From Azolla caroliniana (lineage: Eukaryota; Plantae; Polypodiophyta), in assembly GCA_043228905.1 (NCBI GenBank), contig JBHGNT010000015.1, positions 6,820,001-6,884,000 of the forward strand: a stretch of DNA of 64,000 nt, given 5' to 3'. Under the pieces are notes generated by a model. That model was not told where the DNA came from. It was given only the letters and a program-made list of their open reading frames with translations, and did not search any database. The position numbers and the translations under genes are program-made. How positions within the stretch are numbered: the stretch's first letter is position 1; each line of letters starts with the position of its first letter. Positions 13,581-27,900 of this stretch are shown here, piece after piece.

Positions 13581-14634
13581 TTGCAATATGCCCTGGTCCA
13601 CCGCAATAAAGACATAGTCGATTTGCTCAACGTCACTCCTTTTCCTTTTCCGACAATGGTATATGATGACGTGTGGTGTCAATTTCCATCGGAGTTGGAG
13701 TATTTGCTGGAGACGCATTATATGACTCCCTTGCAAATGGTTTTGCTACGACTAAGGCATATGTGGGCTTTGACCTTGTTCTTGGCATTTGTAGCTAACG
13801 TTCCAAACGTCATTCAAAAAGTCTGTTATTGCAATGTACTGCTTGACTGATTGCCTCTGTGACCAACTTTGGTTCTTTGGGGAAAGTCAGGAGTAAATAT
13901 TTTGACATCATTTCGCTGGTCATATCGAAATGGCTCCATCAATGCTAGGTCATCCAAGGGAATATCGGTGGTGAGTAGATGGAAATCTGCAACGTAAGCT
14001 GAGGCTAGACGATCACCTTGCCACAATCTTTAGATTTTATTGATTGTCATCCTAACGCTATCGGTGTCCCCGAAACAGGTTTTAAACTTGCTAATAAATT
14101 CCTCAAAATTATTTAACAATGGAGATCCTTGTTCTAACAAATGAGCTAACTATGCCAAAGTTGTGCCACTAAGCAACGTGCCTACTAGTCCTACTCGTGA
14201 TGCATGGGTGGGATATCAGGAAGGATGGATTTGAATCACGAGACGTACATGATTAAGGAATCCTCTGAATTGTGAGCACGTTCCATCGAGTTTTGTAGGA
14301 AGACCGATCTTGGGCTCTTTCTGAATTCCTTGAGTACTTGGTCCTTGTTGTTGCAATGACACAATGGTTGCTTGAAGTTGTTGCACACATAACGCCAACT
14401 CTCCATGTTGTTGTTGCGTTTGCTGCTTCTCTAGAGAGATTTGTTGAAAATCCCCCAACAACCGTTGATTTTCTTGTTCTAGTGCTACAAACTTTTCTTT
14501 CAAGCACTGTAGCTCCGAGAAGACAGATTGGTATTCTTGAGCACTAACAATTGCCATAGTATTGGAGAAAGGAAGGATAAGAATATTTGTATGAAGGGAA
14601 TGAGGGATATGAAGATGGGGAATTCGGTTCAAAT

Positions 14635-15076
14635 TGTCAGGGATAGTACTAGAGGCAAGGAGAATTAGTACTAAAGATAGAGGAGAAGAAAGAGGATTAG
14701 TACTAAGAAGGGAAAGAGTGTGTGAGAATCACAAGAGAGGGGAAGCGAGAGAGAGAGAATGATGACAACGGGAATTATATTATATGATATGAAGAAAGAT
14801 ATGTAAGAGCAACTAGGAGGCTTAAGACTGGCATTGAACCAAATTGGATCTTAATATCGCCATGTGCCTCTATTATATAGTATTCTCAGGACTACTCTTG
14901 GAGTTTCTAGAATGTTCTAGAGTAACCTAGAATATACATGAATTTCCTATAGTGAAATAATAAATGAAAATAATATCTTTTTTATTACAATGCATGGTTT
15001 AATGGTAAGGGTTCAACCCTTGTAACAAGTCATGGGTTCAAATCCTTTTGGAGCCATACCATGCCATATCATGACA
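14635..15076 (-). repeat. 5' LTR of the chromovirus
   Basis: Direct repeat of 9977-10422. Confidence 0.92.
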
Positions 15077-17800
15077 TCGGGATGGGCTCATAGATAATCA
15101 ATGTCAATCTCATTTGTTTTTCTAAGCGTTACATCCTAATTATGCTCGATCTAATGAGGTACATGTGAAGCAAGGGGATGAATTGATGGTGAATCCTACT
15201 ACAATACTTGACATATGTGCTCATTACTTTAAGGAGTTGATTGGTCCATAATTGTTAATGAAAAATGAGGTGAGTAGAGCATGTCATGAGTTTTATGATG
15301 TGGTTGGATGTATTGTGTATGACCTCATTAGTCATGAATGGGTGCAAATTTCATTGAGGATGAGGTGGACATGGTTTTAAGGCATCTTCCTAATGAAATG
15401 GTAAGAGCCTTGGTTGGGATGGCTTGACAAATGAAGTTTTTAAGTGACATTTGAACATTTTAAAGGGGTCCTTAACTTTGATGTTTCAACATTCTTGGAA
15501 TTTTGGTTGTATGCCTCAAGCTTGGAAGGTTGTTCTAATTAAATTAGCTCCAAAGGTAGCATCTCCCGAGTCATTTCATGAATAGGGACCTATTTCTTTG
15601 ACGGGGGGGTTGTATAAGATATTTACAAAGGTCTTGGCAAATAGATTACGAAAGTATTTGCCAAAGTTGATACATCCCGTCCAATATGGTTTTATTGCAT
15701 GTAGGAATATATTGCATAATGTGTTGAATGTTCAAATGGCCATGGATTATGCTCGAAACACTCATCAAGAATTGATTATGGTGCAATTAGAAAGCTTATG
15801 ATCATGTTAATTGGTCCTTTGCTTCTGGGTTAATGCATACAATGGGTTTTGGACCTCGTATGTCTAGCTTCATATTTTTATTAGGACAAGATGCAGTGTC
15901 TCGAGTAATGCTTAATGGGGAGTTACATTAGATATTGCCCTCACAAGATCAGTTCGTCAAGGATGCCCACTTAGCCCATTGTTGTTTGCTATTGTTACTC
16001 ATCCCTTGTTGGTGATACTATCAAGGCTTGCAACAAATGGTGACATTGTGGGTCTACATCTTTCGTTTGGAGGGCAACTAGTAGTACAAGCTTTGGTTGA
16101 TGATTCTTTCATGTTTCTACAAGCCTCATGAGAGAATCTTGAGAAGGGGATGCTTATATGGAACCAATTTGCGTTGGCTTCTAGATTACATATCAATTGG
16201 AGGAAGTCTAGTCTCATATCATGTACTGAAATGGATTTGGAATGAGGATGGCAAGGATATGCGGTGAAGAAAGACTCTATTTTTCGAGTCTCGACACTTG
16301 GGTTATCCATTAGGAATGAATGTTACAAATGGTCAATTGATCAACAGTCACTTGTATCAACGATATTTGACCCCGTAAACACCAATCAATCCACTGTTGG
16401 TCTCTTGTTTGTAGAGGTAAAGGGACCTTGCATCAATGCAATATTTTGTAGTTGTTGCTAGATAAACCCATAATTAGGCGAGATGCGTAATAATTGTCGC
16501 GCTTCAACAAACTCCAAAATTCTTTGAGATGGAGCCTCAACTATATATTTCACCTCTTTGACCCCCAAACGAAACAAATGATTAAATTGAGCACGCAATC
16601 TCTCCTTTCCTGGCCACCATAATAACCGAGAAGACACAAGTAACTCTTTTTGCAAGGAATTACAATGCTCTCTACTAAATGATGGTTTCCATACACATAA
16701 CAAGAGTGCTTCTTGCCATGAGGTAACCAAGTGTTGAACACATTACGAGCCCAGAATCCTAATTAAAATACATCCATTCAGTAATTGCCACCATGAAGCC
16801 TTAATCGTTGTCCTCCCATGTGTAAAACTTTTGTTCTCAATGAAATATTGAACAATAAATATCCATGGTTGTGAGTTTGAACACACATGTCTTGTAACAA
16901 TGAAAATCTACGAGCCATCATATGCATAGATAAGTTCAATATTCCAGCTCCCCCTAAGCGCTTAGGGGTTGCTAGATGATTCCACGCAACCCATGTGATT
17001 CCAAACTTATCCCTCTTCTTCCACAACAAATATCAAAGAGGTTGCAAAATAGAATGCAAAGCCTTCTTTGTCCATGGCAACAATGGCAAGTAATATAATA
17101 TCATGAGTTCCATAATACATTGTACAACATTCATGCGTACATGAAATGACCAAGATTGTCAATTCCAATACATGAACTTATCCCTCAACTTACTAAACAT
17201 CATTCAATCATTTTTGCATCATGCTCTATTGAGTCTCTTGGATGGCTATCATCTAAGGCTAAAGAAGAATGGAAAATACACAAATCTGGTCATTTGTAGT
17301 GGCAAATCTTACAAAGTAATTGACATTCTAAATTGTCACTTGTAGAAAAGGTCTTCATTTGAAAAATTTTGATTCGAGGATTGCCTTTGGGACTAGCTCT
17401 AAAGCATCGTGGACTAGCAATGGGTACTCATAGATTTATACAATAATACTCATCGATTTATACAATGTCTGATTGCTTCTCAGATTTGGAATTACATTTC
17501 TCAAATTTGGCAAGTTTTATCACGGTGTTATTTGACACCTAGACAGTGGATGTTTGCACAATTTTCATAAGTTGACCCAAAATTAGAGATGGAGATCGTT
17601 TTCCTATTTTTGAGATATTGGGGATTGCGTAATAATTGGGACATGTGCAACACTTTCGTATTCGTTGGTAAACATGGAGTGAAAGTATATCTACGAAAGT
17701 TGAAGTACTAATGTAGCAATTTTCTTTATTGGAGCAAGTGAAAATTCTTTCCTCAGTGGAGTGCTCATCTTGCCTATTGGCAGTTCAACATGTTCCACTA
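15077..17800 (+). mobile_element. L1-clade LINE ORF2 (RT to zf-RVT), decayed, with internal inversion ~16331-17208
   Basis: YKIFTKVLANRL..QYGFI..R and RQGCPLSPLLF on +. WVAWNHLATPKRLGGAGILNL on -. KVFI..GLPLG again on +. Confidence 0.85.
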
Positions 17801-18843
17801 CCCATGTAGTGTAGTTAATGGGTGACCATACTCCATTGTCACACCCATTGTAAGTAGTGTTTTTCACACACATTACTAATATAATTGTGTGTTTTCACCA
17901 AAGAGAGAGAGAGAGAGAGAGCTCATAATTATCCAATTTCTAGAACTACATGGCTAGCTTCAATGAGTAATGTACTTAAACATGGTAGTGAATCATGAGG
18001 GTGCATGGGGGATTACGATCATCAGGGCCCTAACAACTTCGATTGTAGACTCACCACATGGAGTCAAGGACATTCCCCCATAATTTCTTTCAATCTTAAT
18101 CATACACCTATGGATTTGGGATTATACATCGTAATATTTGCTAAATTACTTGAAACTAGTTGTAACCACAATATTTATAGCTATATTCATTAATGAAAAC
18201 CCTTCATTGCCAAATTACATACACATATTTTAAGTCTACATCATCGCAAACTATAATCCAATCCTTTTGTCTCTTTTTGGGTGATTTGTTAAAACACTTG
18301 GGGGGAATCACACAATATTCGGATTTCCAACAAAAAATTATACACTTGCGTATACATCCCCCACTTTAATAAAAACTATCCACACACACACACAAGCACT
18401 TACACATAGGTGCATGCATACAATACACATAAACATAGTTCAAAAAGACAATTGCACATAAATCATTTCACTCACACAACACATTTTCACCTATACACGA
18501 CAATGCACACTGGAACAAGGAAAATGTTTATAGAGCAGCACCTAATATTTTATCGCAATGTACATGCCTATGCATTTGCTTTCTTTTTTTCTCCATGCAA
18601 ATATCTCTATGCTTGTCCCCCAAGCAAACATGTAAAAGTGTAAGGATTTGAAATAGACAAAGTCTTGCATTGTCATTGAGAAATGCCATAGAGCTTTCCA
18701 TATGGTCATAACATTAGGTTTGGAGAAACCAGGAATTGCATATTTATTGATATGGGTTTAAGTAATCCATGACGTATAACACCCTTCTGTTTTTTTTTAG
18801 TAAACTATCCATTTACGAGGTCTAAGATGACATCGTCATATAA

Positions 18844-18950
18844 TTAAGCTTTCTGTGATGTTGGCATCACAGTTGTCAAGCTTTGATTGGTCGTCTTCCA
18901 TTGTGCAGTAACAGTTTTGAGTTGTGTAAAGAATTGTACACCTGCTTTAC
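18844..18950 (-). CDS. ALDH6B2: ALDH6B exon 19 (stop)
   Basis: (G)[34 protein letters not shown]. Confidence 0.93.
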
Positions 18951-21900
18951 CTGCAATGGAAGTTAACCTCTCCAAAGCTAAGTCACGACTTGAGGAAAAA
19001 TAAATTCATCAAGTTCAATTTTGGTAGAAAATCATATTTACCATAAAAATTTGAATCTCCAGCAAATGAGCCTCTCCAGCCAGTAAAAGAAAAGAAAGGC
19101 AATGGTACAGGGATTGGCACATTTATTCCTACCTGTATTTGAAAAGAATGATTTGTTTCATATAGACAAAGCAAAGAAAAGTTTGGCCTATAAACTACAA
19201 GGTTAGGGTTGTCATTGCTGCCCAGTGGTTGAAGAAATTGTCCAAGGAAAACGTATTAGATTTCGAATGTTTTTTTACACAATTTCTAAAAATGCTGAAG
19301 GTTTTTCTTACATTAAACTAGGTTCCTTTTTGTCCTAATTTACCTGGCCCACATCAATCTCATGCTGGAAAGCCCTTGCAGTGACTCCAGAAGTGGTAAA
19401 TATAGCAGTTCCATTTCCATACCTTTGTAAGAACACAGGTTTTAGTCAAGGGAAAACTTAACCTGATATATTTATTAAATTTGATCTTATGTTCGCAAAC
19501 CTATTTTTATTCACAAGTTCAATAGCTTCAGCTAGGTTTTCTGTCTGCCAGAACATGAAAGCAAGTGAGGACATTCCCATGAAAATAAAGAAAATGTTTT
19601 GTAGTCTGGGGCTAATACCTTCATGCACAAGAGGACTGGGCCAAAAATCTCTTGCTGACAAATTCAAATATAGGCATTAGCTCTCATTAATGTTAGATCC
19701 AGACAAAATTGATCTCAGTTGACAAAACTATACCTGATAGCATTCCATCTCAGGGGTAACATCTGCAAGGATGGTTGGCCCTATGAAGTTCCCCTTGGGA
19801 TAATTAGGGACCTACAAACATGAATATTATGTTGTGGTTCGAGATATAATATCACTATGAATACAACATTGATAAATGCACTGCAAAACTGCATTTGAAT
19901 ATGGTTGGGAAACACATGAAGGAAAAATTGATAATACTGTTTACTTGGTAACTATGACATATTGCACTTCCTTTTATGATAACCGATTTAATAGGATAAG
20001 GCAGCATTTCCTAATACCTGAATATTCCGGCCATCAAGCACAAGCCGTGCACCATTATCCACACCACTTTGTATCAGGCGACAAATTCGCTCCTTGGCCT
20101 GGATGTATGGGAAGGGGAAATGAATGCTAAAGGTAGGATATCATATGGCTTATAATATGAGCTGCTGCCCAAAAACTTGAGCAGATGCCCAAGGAATAAT
20201 GTTGACCATCAACTATACACGAACTTCAAGGTTGGCATAGAAGTTCACCTGTTTACTGATCACTGGTCCGATGTCTGCCATAAGTTCAATGCCAGCTGTA
20301 ACCTTCAACTTGTTTGCCCTCTCCAAAATTTGCTTTTCCCTGACAATAAAATCCTACTTATATTGACTTTTACATGCCTCATCCTTAAATAAAATTTGGC
20401 TTTCCCTAAATGCTTGTCAAAAACCAATAGAGCACATTATAAGTGACCTTAACCAACCAGGAGGCCCTTGGTCCTTTCCTAGATAGGCTTACAAAACTAC
20501 TGGGCTTCGATGGTGATGTGGACATGCAAATAGTGTCAGCTACATTGGATCAACAAATCGCTTTCCAAAAATGATATTTTACAGGAAACGTATGTGCATC
20601 TTTCATAGCCATCTCTTGTCACTGGATGCATTGACCCACTGAGAGTGCAACCAATGAATCATATCATTTTAAATTTCATGTCTGATTCCCTTGAAATTTT
20701 TATTATAACATTGTCATTATGAACAGATGCATGTCCCTGCTAACCAAGACAGCAAGAAGCTACATATTTACAGAAAGCTTACAGACGGCAAGAAGCTTAC
20801 AAAATAATGCTTTATTAAGCGGGGCATTGACACACAGGATTGTTATGATTTTTGTCATAGCAGGTTTTGGATTGAATTAGAATTACCATGTCTGAGAATC
20901 TCCAACAAAAACAGCTGTGCTGATTGCCATACACCGTTGCCCTGCTGCACCAAATGCAGCACCAACAAGTGCATTTGCTGTCATGTCTACATCAGCATCC
21001 GGCATCACAACAGCATGATTCTTTGCACCCATATTGCACTGGTCAAAGGTTCTTTCAGCTCAGAATTGATTTATACATGTCCAACATAAAATATAAAGGG
21101 TTAACTATCCACCTGGACCCGTTTCCCTTTCGAAGCTGCTCTGGAGTAGATGTGTAATCCAGCCTGCAATTCCAAATTACATGATCTCTCTTTCTTTCTC
21201 TTTATTGTCTCACTATTTCAATCATACGAAGTCTGATTAGGACAAGCTATGGAATGAATCGAAACTCAATATGCGCTCTATGATGTGATCAGAAATGAGA
21301 ATATTTTTTAGTAAGAATAGGTATGGAAATTCCAAAACAGCACTTTTTAAAGAGTTTGGCTTTGACATCAGTAGCACTCATCAGGGAGCAAAGTTCGCTA
21401 ATAGAATAGAAAATGTGCAAAGTCTCCAAAGCTTCTTTATCTCAATGCAAAAACATTACCAACTATAGAAACAATGATTACAAGTCATTTAGTGTGTTTA
21501 CATGGTACTAACAACAAGCAAGGTAAAGATTTGCAGCACTCGTTAGAAATATTGAGAATCGATTAGATAGGTATATAGAGTTACAATTACAGAGATGGAT
21601 ATATGAAAACAAAACTTCTATTAAATATAAGAGTAGCTCACAATGGTAGTTTACCCATGCGCTCACACCTTAGAGCTTAGATAGGATATGGACCAGCTCA
21701 CTTCAAAATTAGTGGGGACTGATGATCAATCCAACCACTGTGTAAGAAAGTGGATTATATTCTATGTTTGGTCTGAGTATAAAATTAAACGTGCAAGTCA
21801 GTTGATAGTAGTGGAGATATTCCTTTTCTGTCAACTAACTTGTCATTTAATATGACCCAATTCCCTAGATATAGGCCAATGCTAGATAGTACTTATCTTG

Positions 21901-24900
21901 AAGTCAATGGCACATACTTCAAGACTAAGTACATCGTAACTTGCCCACAAAATATTCTAGTTGACTTGATTAGCCAATCATATTACCTATTTCTCTCTTT
22001 CCTAAATACATTGTGTCCTACACATCTACAGTTTCCTAGATTAACACCTTATCAACCCATATGGTCGAGTTGCACACTAGCCACTCATTTGGGGCGCTAT
22101 CACAAAATGTGCACTCTAAGAGCACATATGGGGATAGATTTACAACTTCAGGCTGATCATTGATTATATCTAACAGCACTCAGTCAAGGTTCTCATTGTT
22201 GAGAATGGGGATCTCAAAAAATTGTTTGAGATGTAATTAACACAGCTCACACAAATTGACAATGAAGCGAAGCAATATAACCAACCTCTTGTGGAGGTAA
22301 CACTTAAACAATATTGAACATGAATATGCAGTGAAAGAAGAGAAATTGTACACCAATCAGCATCATATAAAAAAAATGAAGAATATATGCACAACAAAGT
22401 CATGTGCTGATGTATGCAATGGTGATAATGTTGTTTTCGATTCCCCTATCATGCAAGTTATGGCTCAAGCAAAGAATGTGGAAATATAGAAGCATGTGCA
22501 TTGAAAGAATGGGAGGTACAATCCAAGAACATTGTTATTCATGGGATCCCAGAGGAGAATACAAAAACACATAAAATGGCTTGGAAATGATATTGGTGAG
22601 TTCTTTAATACACACAATAGCATGTCCCAAATGAATGTTTATTGCAATAGCTGTACATAGAGCTGGAAAACAACTTGCCTCTAACTCACGGGAAAGGCCT
22701 ACTGCATGCAATATAGTTACCAATCGAAATTCCCACTTCTGTGATTGGATGCGACATTCCTCATTATGATTCTTATTTTTATGCTTGATTTGATATTAAT
22801 CAGCTTCAAAGCCATGGGAGAGGTTATTATCTTTGGTGACATGAGTACCCACTTACGAATTTTGCAACATGATGCAAAACTATTTTTATGCATATATCTC
22901 AAAGATGTAAAAGACTATACACATGTATGGTCTCTCCTTTATGCATGAAAACGATCTAAATCAGCATAGAAAATTTATTCTACAAATGTGAAATAGTATC
23001 AAACGCTAATTGCAAATGGTGTATATTTAGGAATGACATTGATGACCTTACATGTATAAAACATAATGAAATAGTGTGATTGATTATATGTTATTCTCAG
23101 AAGGACTTCAAGACTGGAATGCGGAAATGGACTGGAAAGGAAACACGTGATTGGATAAATGATATTTTTAATTTCACATTGCAACATGACATGCCTCAAG
23201 ACTGGCATACAAATTGGATCAAATGTTTACATAAAGGGTGAAACATAAATATTGTACACAACTATTAGACTATCATAGTGAGGTTTTTTATGAAAAAGCT
23301 ATTTGGATGTACAATGGAAGCTATGTTAAGTGCATGGGCTCAAAAGAATGATGGTTTCAAAATCATCGCATCATCCATCACCTTGTAACCTTTTCAAGTG
23401 CTAATGGACAAAGTCTTCAAAACTTTACATAAATGGGAAGACATAAATAATGTAGAAAACTATCATATGATCATGATTTGTTCTCTTATCACAAATCTAT
23501 TTGGATGTATAATGAGAGCTAAGCTAGAGCATGGGCTGAAAAGAATGGTAAAAAGCATTACGAACAAGTTGGTTTAAAAGGGAAATTACTTGCTGCTTCC
23601 CAGACTTCAAGAAAACTTTTGACAAGATGCCCTATAAGCATCTTTGGAGATGCATGGAAAAAATCAAGTTACAAACTAACTATATGCTTGCAATTACTGG
23701 AATTGATATGACGTGTAAAAAGAAGGCTTTATAATGCACCATCTTCCAACAAAGAGCCATTCTAGGAATGATCCATCTTCTTTCACTATCCATTTTAATG
23801 ACATTGGTTACAATCACTCTATTCTTTTCCACTTTGGGGATAGTTAAGATCGGAAAAACTAAGGTATAGTGGAACAGAGATAGTGCATTTATAGTCACGG
23901 CATGTGATTAGAACCATTCTTGCTTTTCAGCATGCCAACAATGATTATCTTCAGTTCAGCCAGTGTTTCCATGAATTAAGTGCTAGTCATGATTACTTTT
24001 GCTTTAGGGGTTGCCAAATACAGTGGATACCAATCACTGATCAAAATAGTGCTTGGATCACTATTGGGGCTGCTCCAATTTCTGGCCAGATTATATCATG
24101 GAGCATTGATGCGTTACTCCTCATCATGTGGTCTTTCCGGATTTGCTCAGTTATCTGCTCTATGAAAGCTTCTACTCCATGAGTTTGTGATCCTTGGAAC
24201 TGTATATGTGCACATTGTCTTTCAAGGACAGCAAGGGCTGCATATCCACTTGGGTGGTGGTTAGAATTATTCCTTCTTGAGGGAGAGCTTGACACTCACA
24301 GACCCACCTAAGCAGGGAATTTCGACAAATTTATTTTACATAGGTACTACTAAGGATACTCATCATGATGCACATGCAAATGTCCTGGCTAAAGTTGAGT
24401 CACCAATCAGAGAAGTGACAATTTCTAGACCCAGCCCTCTTCGTTGTGGATGTTTTTGATGCCATCACAAACCACAACTCTGATGTGATATCATCTTGAT
24501 ATGCTCAATGGCATCAACCACAACTCTGATGTGATACCTGTCTTCTCCCACTGACCTTTCATTACTCGATCACCTCAAATATTCATAGACAGCAATTTCA
24601 CATCAAGTGAGTAGGCACATCGAGCGAGTAGGCATCAAACTGATAGTTGGTTACCCATGATTACATTTCCAGCTGTTTTGTTAGGACGATAGAGTAGAAA
24701 GAAAATTTTCACTTATCACTAGTGTTGATGAGTCAACATAAAGTTTTTTGCAATCTTTGTGACGGGGCTCACAGGCCATAATAATGTTTTAGAGAAGTTG
24801 TTGAAGGACAACAATACAATCACACTAGCTCATCAACAAAGAACAGTCACAACTTTCTATAACCCCATCACTCCTACTCATGCTACAAGTCAATCAAGGG

Positions 24901-27900
24901 CTACACATGTAGGCTTCTGACCAGGATATTGCAAAGGAGTTAGTTATTTCAAAGAGAGAAATTTCAATTTATTTGACTTGAGAATCTTAATAGTATTGAT
25001 AACGAGTTTTTCTTTGCTTTTATACTTACATTGATTTTGGTTTTATCTGAAAGATTAGACAACATTTTCAGATGGAATCCCCAGTTTGGTCTTATTGCCC
25101 ATTTTGGCTTCTTAAAAAGACATTTATATATATCGATAATAATTCTACGTATGCAGTATGACAAAATATATCAGTGAAAGAAAAATATATTAATGTCTTT
25201 ATAAGAGGCCAAAACGGCCTGTACTACCACGAAATCAGAGATTATATCTGAAAACGTTTTGAGAACAAACCAAAATAAATGTAACTACGTAAAAAAGTCT
25301 GAAAAAGAGAAGCTATATCTTGTTATTCTTTTCCTCACCTTGGAAGTCCCAAATAATGACAGAAATAATTCTAATGTGCAAGTAAAGAAACAACTTTGTG
25401 TATTGATGAGTTTGAATATTACCACATCAGAACCGACAAAAGAGACTGCCTTGATGTCTGGATGATCACATAGAAGATTGACCACATCCTAATTGCAGAA
25501 AATCAGGGAATTAATATTCAATTGAACAGCATCCCAGATATAAAATCTGATTATACAATTTACAAGGAGCGATTTTTCTATAATGATAAATATTACATAC
25601 ATGAGTTCCATGTACAATATTTAACACACCAGGAGGCAAACCAGCTTCTGCTGCAAGTTCTGCCAACATCATAGCGGCACCTGTTCCAAGTGAATGTCAC
25701 ATTAGTTCGCTATCTTCATAATTAAATAATTCAAAACAGTACAAACTGTTTAACACAACTAATTTTTCAGATATTTTGACACAAGGAATATATTATAAAT
25801 TGATTATTAAACAAGCATGTTGATTAAGAATTGGCATGCCTGTAGACAGATACTCATATCCCAAATGTGGTTTAAGAATGCACAAGATAATGGTCATGCT
25901 GATTTAAAGATAAACTTTAATGCTTCAAAATTGAAAATACAAACCAACTGTGGCATTAAACTGACCTGGATCCTTTTCTGATGGTTTCAAGACGAACGTG
26001 TTTCCACAAGTCACTGCAATTGGGAACATCTGAATAAAAGCTCAGTTCAGACTGTATCAAGTTTGCAAGAGCTCTGTCAACACAGTACACAATAAACTTA
26101 TTTACCCAAAGTGGAATCATGGCAGGAAAGTTGAATGGACAGATGCCTGCACAAACACCTAATGGCTGCCTGATGCTGTATGTGTCAATGCCATTGGATA
26201 CATTTTCAACAAATTCACCCATTTGAAGAGTTGACATATTGCAGGAATGCTCAACCACCTCTGCATCCAAAAAAACCATTTTATGCATGGGTTTAGTATA
26301 TTGAAATCTTAGGTTGTATGCTGGTCCATTAAGAGACCAATTTCCTGCCATCTCTTACCCTCTTTCTCCTCTCCAAGTAGGAGTTGGCATTGATCTATTT
26401 ATAGGGTTTAAAGATTAATCAAACATGAAAATTATTCTATTAAATCTTTCTTAAACAATCTTTAATTAAAGTTCTAGAAGAAAAATATCTTAGCATAGAA
26501 CACGTGTTTAAGGTTTTGGCCAAATCCCTAATGTTTTGATTCAGGTATATCTCTTTTAAATACTTCTAATTAAACTTCTAAGCAGAATCTCTTAGTATTG
26601 GACACTTAGATTAGCTAATAAAGAAATCTCTACAGTTTTCATTTAGGCGTATTTATCACTTTAAACAAACTTTCTATATGCTCATTTTTGTTTATCTATT
26701 AAACATATACAATATAAAAAGTTGTTGGTCCTGAAATATAATAATAACAAACTTGATACCGATAACATTTTAGCAGATTAGTGTTCCTAATCTCTAGAAA
26801 ACACAGTTAGGTACTCAATCCCTGAGAACCCCTGATCCAAAGGTTCGTGGTTGGAGAAATGGATTAAATCGGACCACAATAATAAACACTGGCCAAATCG
26901 GCTATTACAATTCGGTTACAAGCACAAAAGGATTCCGCAACAGCTGAATCGGCTAATACACACAACACAGTCCAAATCGGCTAAACCAACGATTGGCTAT
27001 TAATCAACACGGCAATTACGAACTTGATTAAGAATTATCAATGGGCACAAAGGGTATTGTATACACAAAACTCTTCGATATTAAACTCTCAATATATATC
27101 CCCTGTATCGCTTCATATCTAATATTATTTCAGCTACATCAATATTTATGCTATTAACATTTTGGCTATTAATAATCTCCGGCTTCACACTGCTAGCTGT
27201 CCGATTTGGCTTCGGCTTCAGCTTTCATACACTAGCCGGCTTTCATATGTACCTAGGGTGGGAGTATCACTACCTGACCTTCGATAATCAAGTATACCAA
27301 CAAATCAAAGGAACAGCCATGGGCAGCAACTTCTCAGTTGTCTATGCATGCCTTTTCTTATCACACTTAGAAAACTCACAAACCACACCCCATCTCTTCT
27401 ATTTTACTAGGTACATAGATGATGCCTTCGGGGTTTGGACTGGTACGAAACCCCAACTCTTAGAATACCTCGGTTTCTATAGCCGTATGACCAATAACTC
27501 CATTAAACTTACGATCCATACGCCCCCCACTAGGCTCCCTTTCTTGGATATTTGGATTAATCTAGAGAACTCTAAGTTCTCTTTCAATTGTTTCCAAAAA
27601 CCATTAAATTCCTATCAATATCTTCCCTTCTCTTCAGACCATCCCATACACGTTAAACAAAATTTTATTTCAGATGAATTAAAATGCTACCTAGTTAGAG
27701 AAAGCACACACCTATAGGGTACTTAGAAATGAAAAAGCGTTTCTTCCTTAGACTCATTAGCCGAGGTTACCCGCCCCATTTCATCCTTAAGGCTTTTAAA
27801 AAACATCCTTTCTCCCTTAGGAATAATCTCCCTTACACCTACCATATTCAAGCTTAGGTACTCGAAAAACTCCCCTAAATTAGGCATCCACTCGTTTTTA

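Larger units (their letters stand above)
9977..15076 (-). mobile_element. Ty3/Gypsy chromovirus (Tcn1/Tf1-like) with both LTRs, decayed
   Basis: LTRs 9977-10422 and 14635-15076 (TGTCA..TGACA). C-rich PPT complement directly after 10422. gag 14216-14632, protease ALLDSGANSCF, RT YLDD, RH NYEIHDKELLAIV, integrase SDRGPQF/YHPQTDGQ, chromodomain EYEV..DW..TWEP at ~10450-10620. No TSD match. Confidence 0.93.

Noticed and set aside
9972-15081. TSD for the chromovirus
   Set aside because: The flanks TCATT and TCGGG do not match, and the right flank is LINE sequence rather than the rest of the Copia LTR
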